Origin: a virus | DNA length: 45,389 nt | Direction: 5' to 3' (one strand) | IMG/VR virus record: IMGVR_UViG_3300042923_001252 | Span: 1-45,389 of that record | Shown here: one piece after another, positions 44,692-45,389 of the stretch | Numbering within the stretch: the stretch's first letter is position 1 | Layout of the letters: each line of letters opens with the position of its first letter | Translations under genes and position numbers: made by a program | Notes under the pieces: model-generated | Database searches by the model: none | What the model was told of the DNA's origin: nothing | What the model saw: only the letters and a program-made list of their open reading frames with translations

Positions 44692-45277
44692 TCTGTTTCA
44701 CCTTCTCGGTCTCAGCAACCGGATCAGCAGCTAAAGCATCGTCCTCATCCTCCTCGATTGAGAGCTTATCTTTACTTTCTGCATAAAAGACATTCGGATC
44801 GTAATCCTTTAATTCATTTAATGCCTCATGCAGCACTTTTTTTAATTTGTCCTGCACTAATGCTATATCTTGCTGACCAATTAACTGACTGGACACACGT
44901 GTGGGTATGGCTAAGATACGTGTTCGAAATCCAGTTAACATATTATTCATAACACGTTTCACATCTTGCGATCGATGAACCTCGCCTTTTAAGATGTTGA
45001 GTTCAAGTTCAGTCTTTTGCCGTCGCGCCCGTGTCCATAATGCAGTTTCCACTTTGGCATCAAGTTCATCATCTCCTCGTTCCTTTTCAAGTCGATAATC
45101 GATGTACGACTGAACCGAAGCGACTAGATCATATTTTCCGCGCTGAATTTTGGTGAGTGCACCATCCTTCTCAAGCTGTCCAATTCTTCGGGTTGAGAGA
45201 CTAAGGATTTCCGAAAGTTCACTTGTCGTTACGACTTTTAAAGATTGCTCTAATTGCCCATCTGACAAGCTTTTCAC
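44651..45277 (-). CDS. Terminase small subunit (HTH N-terminus)
   Basis: TSELSEILSLSTRRIGQLEKDGAL HTH followed by a coiled coil. Overlaps the terL start. The true start may be TTG 45268 after AAGGTGA. Confidence 0.7.
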   Translation of the reverse strand: MKSLSDGQLEQSLKVVTTSELSEILSLSTRRIGQLEKDGALTKIQRGKYDLVASVQSYIDYRLEKERGDDELDAKVETALWTRARRQKTELELNILKGEVHRSQDVKRVMNNMLTGFRTRILAIPTRVSSQLIGQQDIALVQDKLKKVLHEALNELKDYDPNVFYAESKDKLSIEEDEDDALAADPVAETEKVKQNARKNRKNRKPVS

Positions 45278-45359
45278 CTTCTTTTGAAATAATTTCCGTC
45301 ATTATTTCCCATTGAAACGGAAATCAACTTTTTGCGCTGCTAACTGGAACTTTTTTGGG

Positions 45360-45389
45360 CGCTCGTGCACCCGCTAGGGAGGCATGTTC
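45360..45389. repeat. Second copy of the 30-bp terminal repeat
   Basis: Identical to bases 1..30. Confidence 0.9.

Overview
The window is a complete, circularly closed genome of about 45.36 kb from a temperate, contractile-tailed phage of a Bacillales-type Firmicute. Bases 1-30 are repeated exactly at 45360-45389. Host assignment rests on strong AGGAGG-type RBSs, GAAC-N4-GTTC LexA boxes, and PBSX Xkd-like, SprA-like, YolD-like and ImmA-like genes.

Minus strand, crossing the closure point:
- Lambda-like packaging and head module: terS, GpA-type terL, gpW, portal, ClpP-type protease, decoration protein, E-type capsid.
- PBSX/P2-like tail: sheath, tube, frameshifted chaperone, tape measure, gpX/gpD/gpV/gpU/gpW/gpJ/gpI-like baseplate, 902-aa fibre, XkdW/XkdX-like.
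- Lysis cassette.
- Early operon, also minus strand, from a Cro-like gene at 12013 down to 307: SSB, DnaD-type replisome organizer, ASCH, dUTPase, frameshifted C5-methyltransferase, Rha, many small unknown ORFs, a sigma-like late regulator and a small tyrosine recombinase.

Plus strand:
- Lysogeny operon at 12204-17491: XRE repressor, 4-TM protein, ImmA protease, three unknown ORFs, SprA-like large serine integrase.
- SOS-boxed Y-family polymerase/YolD cassette.

Most interesting observations:
- An unrecognisable AT-rich gene pair inside the lysogeny operon.
- A split LexA-wHTH + WYL pair facing the polymerase cassette.
- A LexA box ahead of the ImmA unit.
- A C7-tract frameshift in the methyltransferase.
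- A 50-bp perfect palindrome at the integrase stop codon (candidate attP).
- An iteron cluster inside the replisome organizer gene.

All calls come from reading motifs and RBSs by eye; no database search was possible. Start codons are RBS-based choices and may differ from the ORF track.
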